A stretch of 64,000 nucleotides of DNA from an uncultured Candidatus Binatia bacterium (GTDB lineage: Bacteria; Desulfobacterota; Binatia; UBA9968; CAXXLF01), in contig OZ244621.1 in the NCBI GenBank assembly GCA_965218425.1, positions 192,001 to 256,000 on the forward strand, written 5' to 3'. Every line of letters begins with the position of its first letter. Position 1 is the first letter of the stretch. A program made the position numbers and the translations under genes. The notes under the pieces were generated by a model. The model did not search any database and was not told the DNA's origin. It saw only the letters and a program-made list of their open reading frames with translations. Positions 31,424 through 41,419 of this stretch are shown piece after piece.

Positions 31424-32391
31424 GTGCTCAACGCCTTACGGCATCCAATAGTGAATCACATGGGATAGACGAGAATACCAACCTTCCTTTTTGGCGTGCT
31501 CAACGCCTTACGGCATCCAATAGACAATCACTCCTCCGGGACTTCCGTCATCCCCATCATCCCCATGTGCTCAACGCCTTACGGCATCCAATAGTGAATC
31601 ACCAGCGGCGAGGAGGAGTTGAAAGATGCGCTCCTGGGCGTGCTCAACGCCTTACGGCATCCAATAGTGAATCACTCCGTCGGCATACGTTCATCGCGAT
31701 GTATGGGACCGGTGCTCAACGCCTTACGGCATCCAATAGTGAATCACCGTTTGGCCTGATTACGATACCGGCAGGCATACGCGTGCTCAACGCCTTACGG
31801 CATCCAATAGTGAATCACACGAATTACACGCAAATCTTCAGAACCCCTCTGAAGTGCTCAACGCCTTACGGCATCCAATAGTGAATCACCCGCTGAGATC
31901 TGCCGCGCCCTCGGCCTCGATTTCTAGTGCTCAACGCCTTACGGCATCCAATAGTGAATCACAAACACAAATTGACGCGATGCTGAGCGCGCTTGAAAGT
32001 GCTCAACGCCTTACGGCATCCAATAGTGAATCACCCGCGCTGGCGGCTATGCCGTCAACGATGCTAAGGAGTGCTCAACGCCTTACGTCATCCAATAGTG
32101 AATCACGAGATAAACATCGTCACTCGAAACAAATACTTTCTGTGCTCAACGCCTTACGGCATCCAATAGTGAATCACCCCATACGAGGGAATCGTTATGG
32201 AGGCACCTTCCCTGTGCTCAACGCCTTACGGCATCCAATAGTGAATCACATGGCGCTGCGGGCCATGCCGTACCCGTAGCCGAAGTGCTCAACGCCTTAC
32301 GGCATCCAATAGTGAATCACCCACCGGTAGAGATGCTTATCGCTCGGGCTGTGCCGTGCTCAACGCCTTACGGCATCCAATAGTGAATCAC
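31424..32391 (-). CRISPR. CRISPR array, 14 x 36-bp repeats and 13 spacers of 35-37 bp (type I-B/Myxan)
   Basis: Plus strand GTGCTCAACGCCTTACGGCATCCAATAGTGAATCAC; variant repeats at 31496 and 32071; orientation inferred from the leader on the cas2 side. Confidence 0.98.
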
Positions 32392-32660
32392 CGGCCCGTG
32401 GATAAATATTTGCGTTTGTTGGACTTTTCCATCCTCTATACAAGGACCCCTTTTCCACAATCGAGATTTGTCTCAAAATGTCCCCGCTTTCCTCCCTCTT
32501 CCCATCCAACTGATGAATATTCCGCCATTTTCTCTTATTTCACGAACCCCTTTCTCCCTTAATTCCACTTTTTCATAAAAACACAAGCAGTTAGTCGTTT
32601 TTCTTGAATCTTGGCTCCAAACACTCCTGGGTGCATGAATTCCGGATCTTCCCGAAAAAA
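32392..32660 (-). promoter_or_regulatory. CRISPR leader
   Basis: AT-rich non-coding segment between cas2 and the array. Confidence 0.7.
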
Positions 32661-32954
32661 TCACACCACACGAAAGCGCGGCTCATCCTCAACCCATTCG
32701 GTGTTGGGATTGCGTACAATCAGCTTTGACCTGCACGAGGAACAAAGTCCCGCAATCATCAGGCTGTCTTCAGGCGCTATCTCCTTCTCCAGCTCCCAAC
32801 GCATCCGCTCAAGCTGTCGCCTGGTCAGACGACAACGAAAGATCGAATATTGCAGGCTTTCCCCGTAGCCCTTGAGCAGCTTGAAGCAACGACGCCAACG
32901 TTTGGGGTCACGAATGTCGTAACAAACCAGATACCAGATCCGTCCTTCCGCCAT
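32661..32954 (-). CDS. cas2: Cas2
   Basis: YLVCYDIRDPKRWRR...LQYSIFRC. Confidence 0.96.
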   Translation of the reverse strand: MAEGRIWYLVCYDIRDPKRWRRCFKLLKGYGESLQYSIFRCRLTRRQLERMRWELEKEIAPEDSLMIAGLCSSCRSKLIVRNPNTEWVEDEPRFRVV

Positions 32955-32964
32955 GCACGACCTC

Positions 32965-34611
32965 TCAACGCAGACGCATACGAGCGAACAACCCAGGTTC
33001 TCCGGCCCATTCCTTCTCCAGCAAACGAGCCTCCAGTTCGATCAATCGCGCATACGACAACGAATATCCTGTCACAGGATGTTTCCATCGGTCTTCTTTT
33101 CGGCGTTCATAGACCTCAATGGCCTTTTTTCGACCGGAATCACTGAGCCAGACTTGCTTGCCCGCGTGTGTAAAGTCCTCTTCCACATCCCACTGAAGGC
33201 GATTGACCGAGGCAACCAACGGCATGTCCCATAGCGGGACTCGAAACAACTCCATCAAATCCAAAGCTAACGGGTGAGCGGCCGAACGCGGACGGTGAAA
33301 GAAGCCAAAAGCGGGTTCAAGTCCGACGGCTATTATCGCCTGCAAGACATCCCGGTACAGAAGTGCGTAGCCAAAGCTCAACAGCGCATTGATCCGATCC
33401 CGAGGCGGACGACGGTTTCTTCCGTTGAAACGCAATCGTTCATCCAAGTCGTCTCGCAGCAGTCCAGGGAAACCTGAGAAATAGTGACGTCCGGCATCCC
33501 CCTCGTGGCCGCGCAAGGAATCGATCCCTTCCGCATAACCGGCGGCACGAAGCGCGTTCCGAAGCCCTTGCACGGCGCCATCAATGCCCAACGACTTTCG
33601 ATCCTTGCCCCGCGACGCCCGCAGCAAGAACCCAAGCTGGCTGGAGGCTCGGGCAATCGCCAACCGTCGTCCCAAGCGAAATATCAAGCCGGGGTCTCGC
33701 AATGCCTCGAACTGACGGATGCGCCGCTGCACCGGACTTGCGCTAGACACAAGTCCGCTTACGTAGCGTCCTCCGCCCGTAAACCAATGCACCCCGACTT
33801 CCTGGGAAGCACACAGATGGATCGCTTGGGTGCTGATCTGCGCGTAGCCGTGGATAACAATCTCTCCAACCTCACGAACGGGAAATGCCTGTTTCTGCCC
33901 GGCTGTGTCCGTGACCGTCAGGGTTTCTCCGGACTTGCCAATCCATGCTCCATGCGTCGTGACGTGAACGGTCTGACGTTCACGATCTTGTGGAAAGAGT
34001 CGGACAGGTTCCCAGTCCTCATCTTTAGCCAGGCGTTCTTCCTCAGGCAGACAGACCGGGGCGAGGGAGCAGCGCAGACACAGCCGATCATTTTCAGCGA
34101 CCGGCGGGCGTTCAACGGTCCGGCTGAGCTCACGGGCACGAGCGACAGCCTTTAGAACATCTTCACGTGCTGTTTCGTCCACGGGGACACGGACAGTCGT
34201 ATTATTGGCGTGGTAGCGAATCCGCGCTTCTTCGATATGAGTCCCGGTGTGCTCCTCCAAAAGCAGCGTGTAGGCGCAGACCTGGAGACGGTCGCTCGGC
34301 CACGCCTGCGGCCCAGCGTCGCCTTTAGCCGAACGACCGCGCTTGTGTTCGTAGGGAATGAGCTGACCATCCCGGCGGCGCAGGCAATCAACCTTCCCGC
34401 GAATGCCGAGCGTCTCGCTCTCCAGGACCAGGCTGACAATTTCGCCTTCGTCAGCCGCCAGCTCTTCATGGAGACGGCGCCCTGCGTACACCGCCGCATC
34501 GGCGACGCGAATCTCTTCGACCTCTTCCAGGTAGAAAAGACGCTCGCAGTACGCCAAGGCGTGGAGAGCCATGACGCGGATGGTGGGTTCGGCGCTAGTA
34601 TTGGTTGGCAT
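32965..34611 (-). CDS. cas1: Cas4/Cas1 fusion
   Basis: N-terminal YCERLFYLE...PYEHKRG...CLRCSLAPVC (Cas4); C-terminal LRGHEG, RRPPRDRINALLSFGY, LALDLMELFR (Cas1). Confidence 0.96.
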   Translation of the reverse strand: MPTNTSAEPTIRVMALHALAYCERLFYLEEVEEIRVADAAVYAGRRLHEELAADEGEIVSLVLESETLGIRGKVDCLRRRDGQLIPYEHKRGRSAKGDAGPQAWPSDRLQVCAYTLLLEEHTGTHIEEARIRYHANNTTVRVPVDETAREDVLKAVARARELSRTVERPPVAENDRLCLRCSLAPVCLPEEERLAKDEDWEPVRLFPQDRERQTVHVTTHGAWIGKSGETLTVTDTAGQKQAFPVREVGEIVIHGYAQISTQAIHLCASQEVGVHWFTGGGRYVSGLVSSASPVQRRIRQFEALRDPGLIFRLGRRLAIARASSQLGFLLRASRGKDRKSLGIDGAVQGLRNALRAAGYAEGIDSLRGHEGDAGRHYFSGFPGLLRDDLDERLRFNGRNRRPPRDRINALLSFGYALLYRDVLQAIIAVGLEPAFGFFHRPRSAAHPLALDLMELFRVPLWDMPLVASVNRLQWDVEEDFTHAGKQVWLSDSGRKKAIEVYERRKEDRWKHPVTGYSLSYARLIELEARLLEKEWAGEPGLFARMRLR

Positions 34612-34690
34612 AGCTTATCCACTCTTGCACAAGAGAATGCCGTCCGCTTTTCCCGTGACACGGACCGGGGGAACGCCCATCATGGAGCCC

Positions 34691-34930
34691 ATGACCTCGC
34701 CCGCTTTCGACACGCTCAAGGCCGCCAAGGCTCTCTGGGCGGCCGGCTTCGATGACCCCCAAACCGAGGCCGTGATCGACACGGTGGACGGGAACGTTGC
34801 AACGAAGGCGGATCTTTAGACACTCGAATTGCGCATCACTCATAAATTCGGAGCCCTTTACAAACACCTCTGGGCTATGTCAGCCGGCATCGTCACTGCC
34901 GTTGTCGTGCTGATGAAGCTGCTCTCATAA
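34691..34930 (+). pseudogene. DUF1640/CCDC90-like small protein with a premature stop
   Basis: AFDTLKAAKALWAAGFDDPQTEAV...VATKADL*...C-terminal TM helix. Confidence 0.7.
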
Positions 34931-35152
34931 CTTCACCCGCATTCCCATCCGATCTCAACGACAAAATGGCCAGATCCGTTTTGGACCAGATTCGCATGAT
35001 CCTTCGCCCGAAGAAGATCAGCGCCAAGACTTCGCGTAAAGTCTTGGCCGTGATGGGAGAAATGTTCGCGCCGTAGGGGAGGGGCGGGTTTTCTGAAGCG
35101 CTCCTGAATGGCAAGCTACATAGGGCTCTCGGGCGGAACGGAAGTCCAACCA

Positions 35153-35809
35153 TCACGTATCAATCTCAACAGGACACATGGAAGTCCACGCTTGATTAGG
35201 GGGAGGGTTCTTGATCTCTGATTCTTCAAGTTTGAATTGTCCCCATCGTGTTCCGCGCGAGCTTACATGATTTGGCCAAATAGGGAGGCTCAAGTCTCCA
35301 TGGTCGTCTGCCATAAGCACTGAACCATGCTCAGGGTCTTCATCTGCTCGCCAGAGTCGGATTTCGTTTACAAGATGGGTACTTTCACCGAGCGAAAGTC
35401 CACCAAAACGAGCAAGGCTCGTTGGAGTCTTGAACGCTGAATCAAGACGTTCGGCTAATGAAGGATTTGCCTGCTCTAATCTTCCATGTCGAAGCCAAAC
35501 AGAGAGACGGGTATTCGAGAGAATCTCCTGAAAGTCAGGACGTTTGTTTTTTCCTAATCCCGGTCCTATTTTGGCATCTTTAACCCGCCAGAGCGTTCGT
35601 AAGACAACGGAGAGTTGCGGTTGAGAGACTAACGCGAACGCGACCTCAACCCCTTGGTGGACAAGGCGATTTTGCTCTCCAACAAGGGAAAGGAGCATTC
35701 CATAGACAGTTGACGGTGGCGGACAGGGGTAGGTTTCCCAGTATTCTCGCGCCTGGGCGACTCGAAAGCCTGCAATTGGGATGGAAACGTAGATATGGAG
35801 CGCATCCAT
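35153..35809 (-). CDS. cas5: Cas5 (DevS/Cmx5)
   Basis: AREYWETYPCPPPSTVYGMLLSLVG, RFGGLSLGESTHLVN. Confidence 0.95.
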   Translation of the reverse strand: MDALHIYVSIPIAGFRVAQAREYWETYPCPPPSTVYGMLLSLVGEQNRLVHQGVEVAFALVSQPQLSVVLRTLWRVKDAKIGPGLGKNKRPDFQEILSNTRLSVWLRHGRLEQANPSLAERLDSAFKTPTSLARFGGLSLGESTHLVNEIRLWRADEDPEHGSVLMADDHGDLSLPIWPNHVSSRGTRWGQFKLEESEIKNPPPNQAWTSMCPVEIDT

Positions 35810-36762
35810 TATTTCACTCCAAGCTTGAGGTTTCCCCTGATACGCTCTTTTGTCTCCTCGGCTGCCGCCTTAACACCTCCACGAACACAAGCACCCTTGT
35901 CCTTAAGATACTTTCCATTGGGCAGGTCAGCGATCGCACCACCGATGATTAATTCTTCCGCGTTGATGTCTCCCACATCTACTCGCCGGATTACTTGCGG
36001 GATCGTGAGTTGATCATCTCCGTTGAGTTGAAATCCGTAGAGTAATCGCGGGGCAAAGTCATCGGTCCAGCGGAAAATCACTGAATCGGGGGAGAAGTCA
36101 TAGAGAAATCGACTCTGATTGCCTGCCACCTCAGAAAGAGAAACAATGGCATCGACTACATTAAGTGTCCGCGATTTTTCACGGAGCCACTCTGGCGTCA
36201 GGGCAAAGCCGTATTGGTAGCGAGTCGCATGGACTTCTGTTCCATAGAGGCTTGTTGAAGACTTCTCACCGCTTTTTGCATTGAAGGTGATGTCTCCTGC
36301 AAACGGTGTGAGCGAAAGTGCCCGTGTGACTTCAAGGGCTCCACGCCGTTTATCAATCCTCCCCTTTATCCGTTGTTTTTTCTTGCTCTTTACTCCTTCT
36401 GCTTCAGCTTCATTACTCTCAGATTTTCCTGCTTCGGCCAACATAAACCCCAAGACGTCATCGTCAATGTATGTTTCTTTATTCTTACCTTTCCCCTCCG
36501 GGTCACTCCAAGGGAGCCACGCAGGGTCTCGCCACGTATGATCATTTGCCTCCTCATCCCATTTCCTGTTCACACTTAGTCCTGAACATTGCCAGTGATA
36601 TCGAAAAGCCCAACGTATGGCTTCAGCAGAAACCGTCGTATGGACTTCTTTATTCCACAGGATTTTTTGAAGGGTTGTAATGTTCCCCTCATTATTTTCG
36701 CCACGGTTATTGGCGGCAGTCCCGTGAGATGTAACAACAATGCCGAATAGATGTTTACTCAT
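35809..36762 (-). CDS. cas7: Cas7 (DevR/Cst2)
   Basis: AANNRGENNEGNITTLQK, YIDDDVLGFM, VAGNQSRFLYDFSP. Confidence 0.95.
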   Translation of the reverse strand: MSKHLFGIVVTSHGTAANNRGENNEGNITTLQKILWNKEVHTTVSAEAIRWAFRYHWQCSGLSVNRKWDEEANDHTWRDPAWLPWSDPEGKGKNKETYIDDDVLGFMLAEAGKSESNEAEAEGVKSKKKQRIKGRIDKRRGALEVTRALSLTPFAGDITFNAKSGEKSSTSLYGTEVHATRYQYGFALTPEWLREKSRTLNVVDAIVSLSEVAGNQSRFLYDFSPDSVIFRWTDDFAPRLLYGFQLNGDDQLTIPQVIRRVDVGDINAEELIIGGAIADLPNGKYLKDKGACVRGGVKAAAEETKERIRGNLKLGVK

Positions 36763-36766
36763 ATAG

Positions 36767-37180
36767 TTATTTGTCTCCGTTTAGGTCCGAATTTTCTATA
36801 TGGGTTAGTCCTTCTTTTTCCTCTTTTGTCTCCGGCTTGTAACTTGCCAGAGCAAGGAGGGTAAGATCCTTTGCCTTCCTCCAATTCTTTTCTTCCAAAA
36901 GCGAAATGACATCTCTCCATCCAGCCTGGAGTGAGGGGAGAGATCCCCCGGAACGAGCCCAGAAATTAGTTACTGCTTCTCGAAGCGACGCGGCGTTTTT
37001 ACACCGAGAGACCGCTACTCGTAACCGTTCAAACTCACGATTCGCCAGATCGTGAAACGAGGCGTCTTCGCGCCGTGCTCTGTTCCCGAGTTGTCCAAGG
37101 CGACGACGCCAAGCTTCATGACATGCCAATACAAAAGTCCGTTCCGGACTGTCTGGAAAAACTTCTTTATCCTCAAGCAT
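36767..37180 (-). CDS. cas11: Cas11 small subunit, internal in-frame start in cmx8 (137 aa)
   Basis: AAAGGAGG RBS 10 nt before an in-frame ATG (MLEDKEVF...FVLACHEAWRRR). Confidence 0.7.
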   Translation of the reverse strand: MLEDKEVFPDSPERTFVLACHEAWRRRLGQLGNRARREDASFHDLANREFERLRVAVSRCKNAASLREAVTNFWARSGGSLPSLQAGWRDVISLLEEKNWRKAKDLTLLALASYKPETKEEKEGLTHIENSDLNGDK

Positions 37181-38404
37181 AGTCGCTAGTCCTCCTTTCT
37201 CGCCAATGCGTATTCCGATTAACTTCTTCGTCCTTCTATCTCTGATATATCCAAAAACATGATCTCGGACTTCTTGGTCTGCTACGAAATCAGAAAATCC
37301 CTTCCACCAAGCTTGTCCCTGACTGAGATTGCGCGCAACCATATCGGGAATTTGAGGGATGTCCCAAGACGGATCGCTATTTATGTGCTTTACTAATTGC
37401 GGTTTAAAAAAATGTTGACAGAGCCTGAATGTCCGGAGAACAGACTTTGAGCCGGGGCGTACGGTGAATAGTTCGAGGCGAGTCTTTTGTTGAGACGACC
37501 AGGGAACAGTACCGAAAGAGATCGTTCTGCAGAACGCTGAATCAATATCTTCAAGTAAACCTGAAACATCGAGTTCCGTTAAGACCCGTAAGCCTGCATC
37601 TGCTGTCCCAGCCAGATAGAGTTGCTGAACCCCGTAGCGAAGGAAGCAGGCTCTGACTTGAGCATATTTCTCAAGATCAGACACTTCGGGAAGCACCAGT
37701 GTGTAATATTTACGTCGACCGGGGCGAGGAATCACAAAATATACAGCCCCAATAGGAGCAAACCAGAGAGCTAGTGCGCCTTCTGGCGATTCTTCCAATG
37801 CAGTGGAGCTTTGTCCGAGACCAACATGGCGAACCGCTCCTCCCGGTAAGTGCCATCCCGCTAGGTTATTTGAGCCGGTAGCAGAGAATTTTGCTACGTT
37901 TTGGTGAGCAAACCAGCTGATTCGGTGGAATCGAAGACGAAGAGGAACTTCATCGACATCGATTGATATTAGCCCTTGTGGATTTTGAGATGGGTCTGTT
38001 TTCCTTGTCTGACCATGCTGCAAAAACGATCCCAAGATAGCTTCCTGCAAAATTACCGCGTGTTGCGGATGATCCATCGGCTCTCCAAGGGCAGGAAACC
38101 AAAGAAGTCCATTGTTATCGAGTTTGAAAGATTCCTTGAATAACGCCTTAAAAAACGGATCTGAAGCACCATTCCAATTAAGCGTAACAGAGGTATCGTT
38201 TCGCTCCCATGACCCGCCTGTATTGTGCAAGCGATCCATTGCTTGCTGATCGCCTTCAAATGCCTCCAACGTCATCCATAATCCCGCGAGACCGACCTTG
38301 TGAAGAGCGGTCATGCCAGGCCCAAAAAGGTTAATAGTCAGTGAAGAACCGGTAGTCTCAGACTTTTTCTCTATGGCTCGCTTTTTACCCACCGAGCCCC
38401 CCAT
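36767..38404 (-). CDS. cas8: Cas8 large subunit (Cmx8/Cas8a1 Myxan type)
   Basis: PGMTALHKVGLAGL, GWHLPGGAVRH, GTVPWSSQQKTR, KDLTLLALASY. Confidence 0.92.
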   Translation of the reverse strand: MGGSVGKKRAIEKKSETTGSSLTINLFGPGMTALHKVGLAGLWMTLEAFEGDQQAMDRLHNTGGSWERNDTSVTLNWNGASDPFFKALFKESFKLDNNGLLWFPALGEPMDHPQHAVILQEAILGSFLQHGQTRKTDPSQNPQGLISIDVDEVPLRLRFHRISWFAHQNVAKFSATGSNNLAGWHLPGGAVRHVGLGQSSTALEESPEGALALWFAPIGAVYFVIPRPGRRKYYTLVLPEVSDLEKYAQVRACFLRYGVQQLYLAGTADAGLRVLTELDVSGLLEDIDSAFCRTISFGTVPWSSQQKTRLELFTVRPGSKSVLRTFRLCQHFFKPQLVKHINSDPSWDIPQIPDMVARNLSQGQAWWKGFSDFVADQEVRDHVFGYIRDRRTKKLIGIRIGEKGGLATMLEDKEVFPDSPERTFVLACHEAWRRRLGQLGNRARREDASFHDLANREFERLRVAVSRCKNAASLREAVTNFWARSGGSLPSLQAGWRDVISLLEEKNWRKAKDLTLLALASYKPETKEEKEGLTHIENSDLNGDK

Positions 38405-40647
38405 TCTTTGGAGTAATCTATCCGTCCAGTAGGTGTAAGAAAGACAGCCCCCAATCTCTTCCAGTCATGAATTTCCTTGGCGACAGGCCCGAATATCATC
38501 GGAATGGTATAGCGAGAGACCTCTTTCGAGATGGTGTTGCCTCTTTTATCCAGGCACATCTGCTCGTCTTCGGCTCTAATGACAGAAATTGTTACACCTG
38601 CTTCTCGTAATGGTGAGGGTTCACTGAAGGGGCCACCGTCAAGCCAGGCTGATTTGAGGCGAGAGGGGACGGCTCCTTGGGATAGCTGTTCAAAGGAAGA
38701 TGCTAAGGTCGCTTGAGAAAGAGATGTAGAGGTGAATGTTTGTATCCAGTTTCTAGCTATTGCTAAGTCTTCTTTTTCGTAGGGCAATGATTGACCCGAT
38801 TCCAGGAAAATCGCAGGTCGAGCAGGTGTAATATCTTCTGGAGTCACACGTCTATTCAGACGACCCAAACGTTGGATGAGAGCGGGAACAGGTGCGAGAT
38901 CGCTGAGGAGCAAGTCTGCAGAGAGATCAAGAGAGACTTCACACACCTGAGTTGTAATCGCCAAAACGGGAGCGGGAGGAACTTTTGCAAAAGCCGTAAC
39001 AACCTGGGAGTGTTTTTCTAAACGATCCAAATAACGGTAGCGGCTATGATAGAGGAGGATTGGCTCAATCCCTTTCCCTTGGGCTTCTCGTGCGAAAGAG
39101 GCCGCCCTATCAACTGTATTTGTAACCCATAGAATCTTGTCCCCTCTTGCGAGAGCCTGCTGAATAATGTCCCAGGGGGGATTTATTTTGAGACCTTCAA
39201 ATTTATAGCGTTCGATCTTTTCGAGGCTTATTGGTCCGGAGATGACTTTAAGTTCCTGTCCCTGCTGATTTAACAGTTGCTTGATGGCCGTCAATCTAAG
39301 CGTAGGAAGCGACGCCGTCATGAGTAAGATTGGTGCTCCTTGGAAGGCTTCGATAAATCGTAGTAGTGCGCCAAAGAGCCGGTTGTCATACTGATGTATT
39401 TCGTCAAAGACAAAAGCCCCATTGCTGATAGAAGGGAAAGAGAAAAGAGATTGTCTATTGTTTTGAATAAGCCCTAGTACGCGATCAGCCGTACAGATGA
39501 CTAGTGGTACATCCCAAGCTCTTAGTGCTTCGGCCCGGACTGTCCGTTCGAGAAGATCATCCTCGTGCGTGTCGAGGAGATCTTCTAAATCTACTTTGTT
39601 GCGGCTGTGCAGTAGTTCGGCGTCGGCTGAAATTTCACTTGGAACAATATAATCGCGATACCCCTCCGTAGCGGTACCTGTCGTCGGATAGCAAAAAAAG
39701 AGTTTTCTTCCCGGGGCTTGGCGTGCAGCCCAGAGATACGCGGCTGCCGTTTTGCCACTCCCACAGCCCGCTCTCACAAATGTGACCCTTCCTGCACTCC
39801 TTTGGACATACTTCTGAAAGGGCCGAGGAGGGTTAGAGCCAAGCCGTGTTGTCGCGATATCATGTAAATCGCGTTCCGAGCAGAAGCGCCCCAAAACTGC
39901 CTCAATCCACGCCTCAGGATCAATTCCCTGTTTAGGTAATGCAGAACCGGCTACATCCGCTGAGATAACAAGGGCTTTAACGAGTGAAACAAAACGCCTT
40001 GTTTCGGGGGTTGCCTTTTTATACCAATTTGATGCGTCTGGTAACCATTTGCGGAGTTCCCCCAGCGGCCTAGTAGCGAGATCGATTTCGATCAAAGGTA
40101 TGGAAGGGGGAGCAAATAGACAAAGGCGGCTGCCCGAAACTTCTAGACAGGTATTAAAATCGGGGTGACTTCCGAAGAATGTAACCTGCAGATCCTCACT
40201 CCTTCCACGGTCGGCGATCGTGGCACCATCCTCCGCCTTCAAGTGATGTCCTAATGCCCCGAAGAGTGCCGCATACCGCACTGGAGGTGATGCTCCGTTA
40301 AAAAGCCACTGGTGCAGCTCTGAACTTTTTAGCAATAGCCAAGTACTAATCCACTCATGGCGTAGAGCTTGCGGTGGCCAATTCCCTGGACGGACCATAC
40401 GTTGAAATTGATGATTCGCTTTTCCTAGATCGTGTATGAACGCTCCACGGGTTACTGCAGTAAAAAGCTCGTCACAACTAAAGACTTTATCCAGGGCAAA
40501 TGATTTCAGAGCTTGCGACCCGACCAACCGAACAAGGGCTTGCGTGGCTCCTACAACATCACTGAGATGTTGAGGAAGGCACTCTCGGGCTTGGGGGGAG
40601 TCCGGTGTTTTACTGTTCTTCGCAAGAAGTCTTTTAAACTCCATCAT
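38371..40647 (-). CDS. cas3: Cas3 HD nuclease-helicase
   Basis: IHDLGKAN, AGCGSGKT, FDEIH, MTAS, QRLGRLNR. Confidence 0.96.
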   Translation of the reverse strand: MMEFKRLLAKNSKTPDSPQARECLPQHLSDVVGATQALVRLVGSQALKSFALDKVFSCDELFTAVTRGAFIHDLGKANHQFQRMVRPGNWPPQALRHEWISTWLLLKSSELHQWLFNGASPPVRYAALFGALGHHLKAEDGATIADRGRSEDLQVTFFGSHPDFNTCLEVSGSRLCLFAPPSIPLIEIDLATRPLGELRKWLPDASNWYKKATPETRRFVSLVKALVISADVAGSALPKQGIDPEAWIEAVLGRFCSERDLHDIATTRLGSNPPRPFQKYVQRSAGRVTFVRAGCGSGKTAAAYLWAARQAPGRKLFFCYPTTGTATEGYRDYIVPSEISADAELLHSRNKVDLEDLLDTHEDDLLERTVRAEALRAWDVPLVICTADRVLGLIQNNRQSLFSFPSISNGAFVFDEIHQYDNRLFGALLRFIEAFQGAPILLMTASLPTLRLTAIKQLLNQQGQELKVISGPISLEKIERYKFEGLKINPPWDIIQQALARGDKILWVTNTVDRAASFAREAQGKGIEPILLYHSRYRYLDRLEKHSQVVTAFAKVPPAPVLAITTQVCEVSLDLSADLLLSDLAPVPALIQRLGRLNRRVTPEDITPARPAIFLESGQSLPYEKEDLAIARNWIQTFTSTSLSQATLASSFEQLSQGAVPSRLKSAWLDGGPFSEPSPLREAGVTISVIRAEDEQMCLDKRGNTISKEVSRYTIPMIFGPVAKEIHDWKRLGAVFLTPTGRIDYSKEWGARWVKSEP

Positions 40648-41234
40648 TCTGCGGAACCTCTGCCACGCACAAACACTCCACAGCCCATCTTTCGTCGTCC
40701 ACCAAGACCCTGCTCTTGCACCCTGACAGAATCATCAGCAGTTAATCCGGTCACAACCACTTCAAATCCAACCACCTGCTTGTCTTTGACCCGGAAGGTG
40801 CGCCGCTGGCCCAAGGTGGCCTCGCACGTAACGTCGAGACTTTGCAACTGGCGCTGTACGGCTTCGAGAAAGTCCGCCTCTTCAAGAAATCCCTTGATCG
40901 TGACCAATCGAGCGCGGAGACGGGCGGCTGGCAGGAGCATACGGACTTCCGGTACTCCCACGCTGAGAGGGTGTTCGTCCACGTCTAATCTTTTCCCGGC
41001 CAGCTTTAGATAGGATCGGATCTCCTCATCTGGCAAACGGAGCACCAAACGGGACGAGTCGGACAATTGGAGTTCCCCGTTTCCGCTATACATGCCGCGA
41101 ATAGGCTGAACGCCAAGGGCTTTCGCCGCGTGTATCTCCGGAACAACCCGGCTCAGCGCCGCGTATAAAGCATAGCCATGGTCAACGGGAACGGTCGATC
41201 CGTTCAGGCGAAAAGCTAGATCAACATGCGGCAT
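40644..41234 (-). CDS. cas6: Cas6 (Cmx6)
   Basis: VPVDHGYALYAALS, C-terminal G-loop QGLGGRRKMGCGVF. Confidence 0.96.
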   Translation of the reverse strand: MPHVDLAFRLNGSTVPVDHGYALYAALSRVVPEIHAAKALGVQPIRGMYSGNGELQLSDSSRLVLRLPDEEIRSYLKLAGKRLDVDEHPLSVGVPEVRMLLPAARLRARLVTIKGFLEEADFLEAVQRQLQSLDVTCEATLGQRRTFRVKDKQVVGFEVVVTGLTADDSVRVQEQGLGGRRKMGCGVFVRGRGSAE

Positions 41235-41419
41235 TGCGATGGAACTGTTGTCAAATTGTGGTTAAAAAGGTCCAGGCGGCGACTCTGGTTCTTTCGATTT
41301 GAACCCCGTCTCAGTATACAAAGAGGTCAAATCTTTTGTTGACAAATAACATCTTCCAGATTTTCCAGCCGCCTCCTCAATCTTCTATCCACCTCACGCT
41401 TTAAGTGAATCCAAAAATC

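Noticed and set aside
16327..32391. Self-targeting by spacers within the window
   Set aside because: No match found by eye; not exhaustive without an alignment
31414..32562. ORFs with repeating AQRLTASNSES / LNALRHPIVNH peptides
   Set aside because: Translations of CRISPR repeats
15498..41234. CRISPR-associated transposon (CAST) interpretation of the Cas3-less locus
   Set aside because: No tnsA/B/C or tniQ genes and no Tn7-like ends seen
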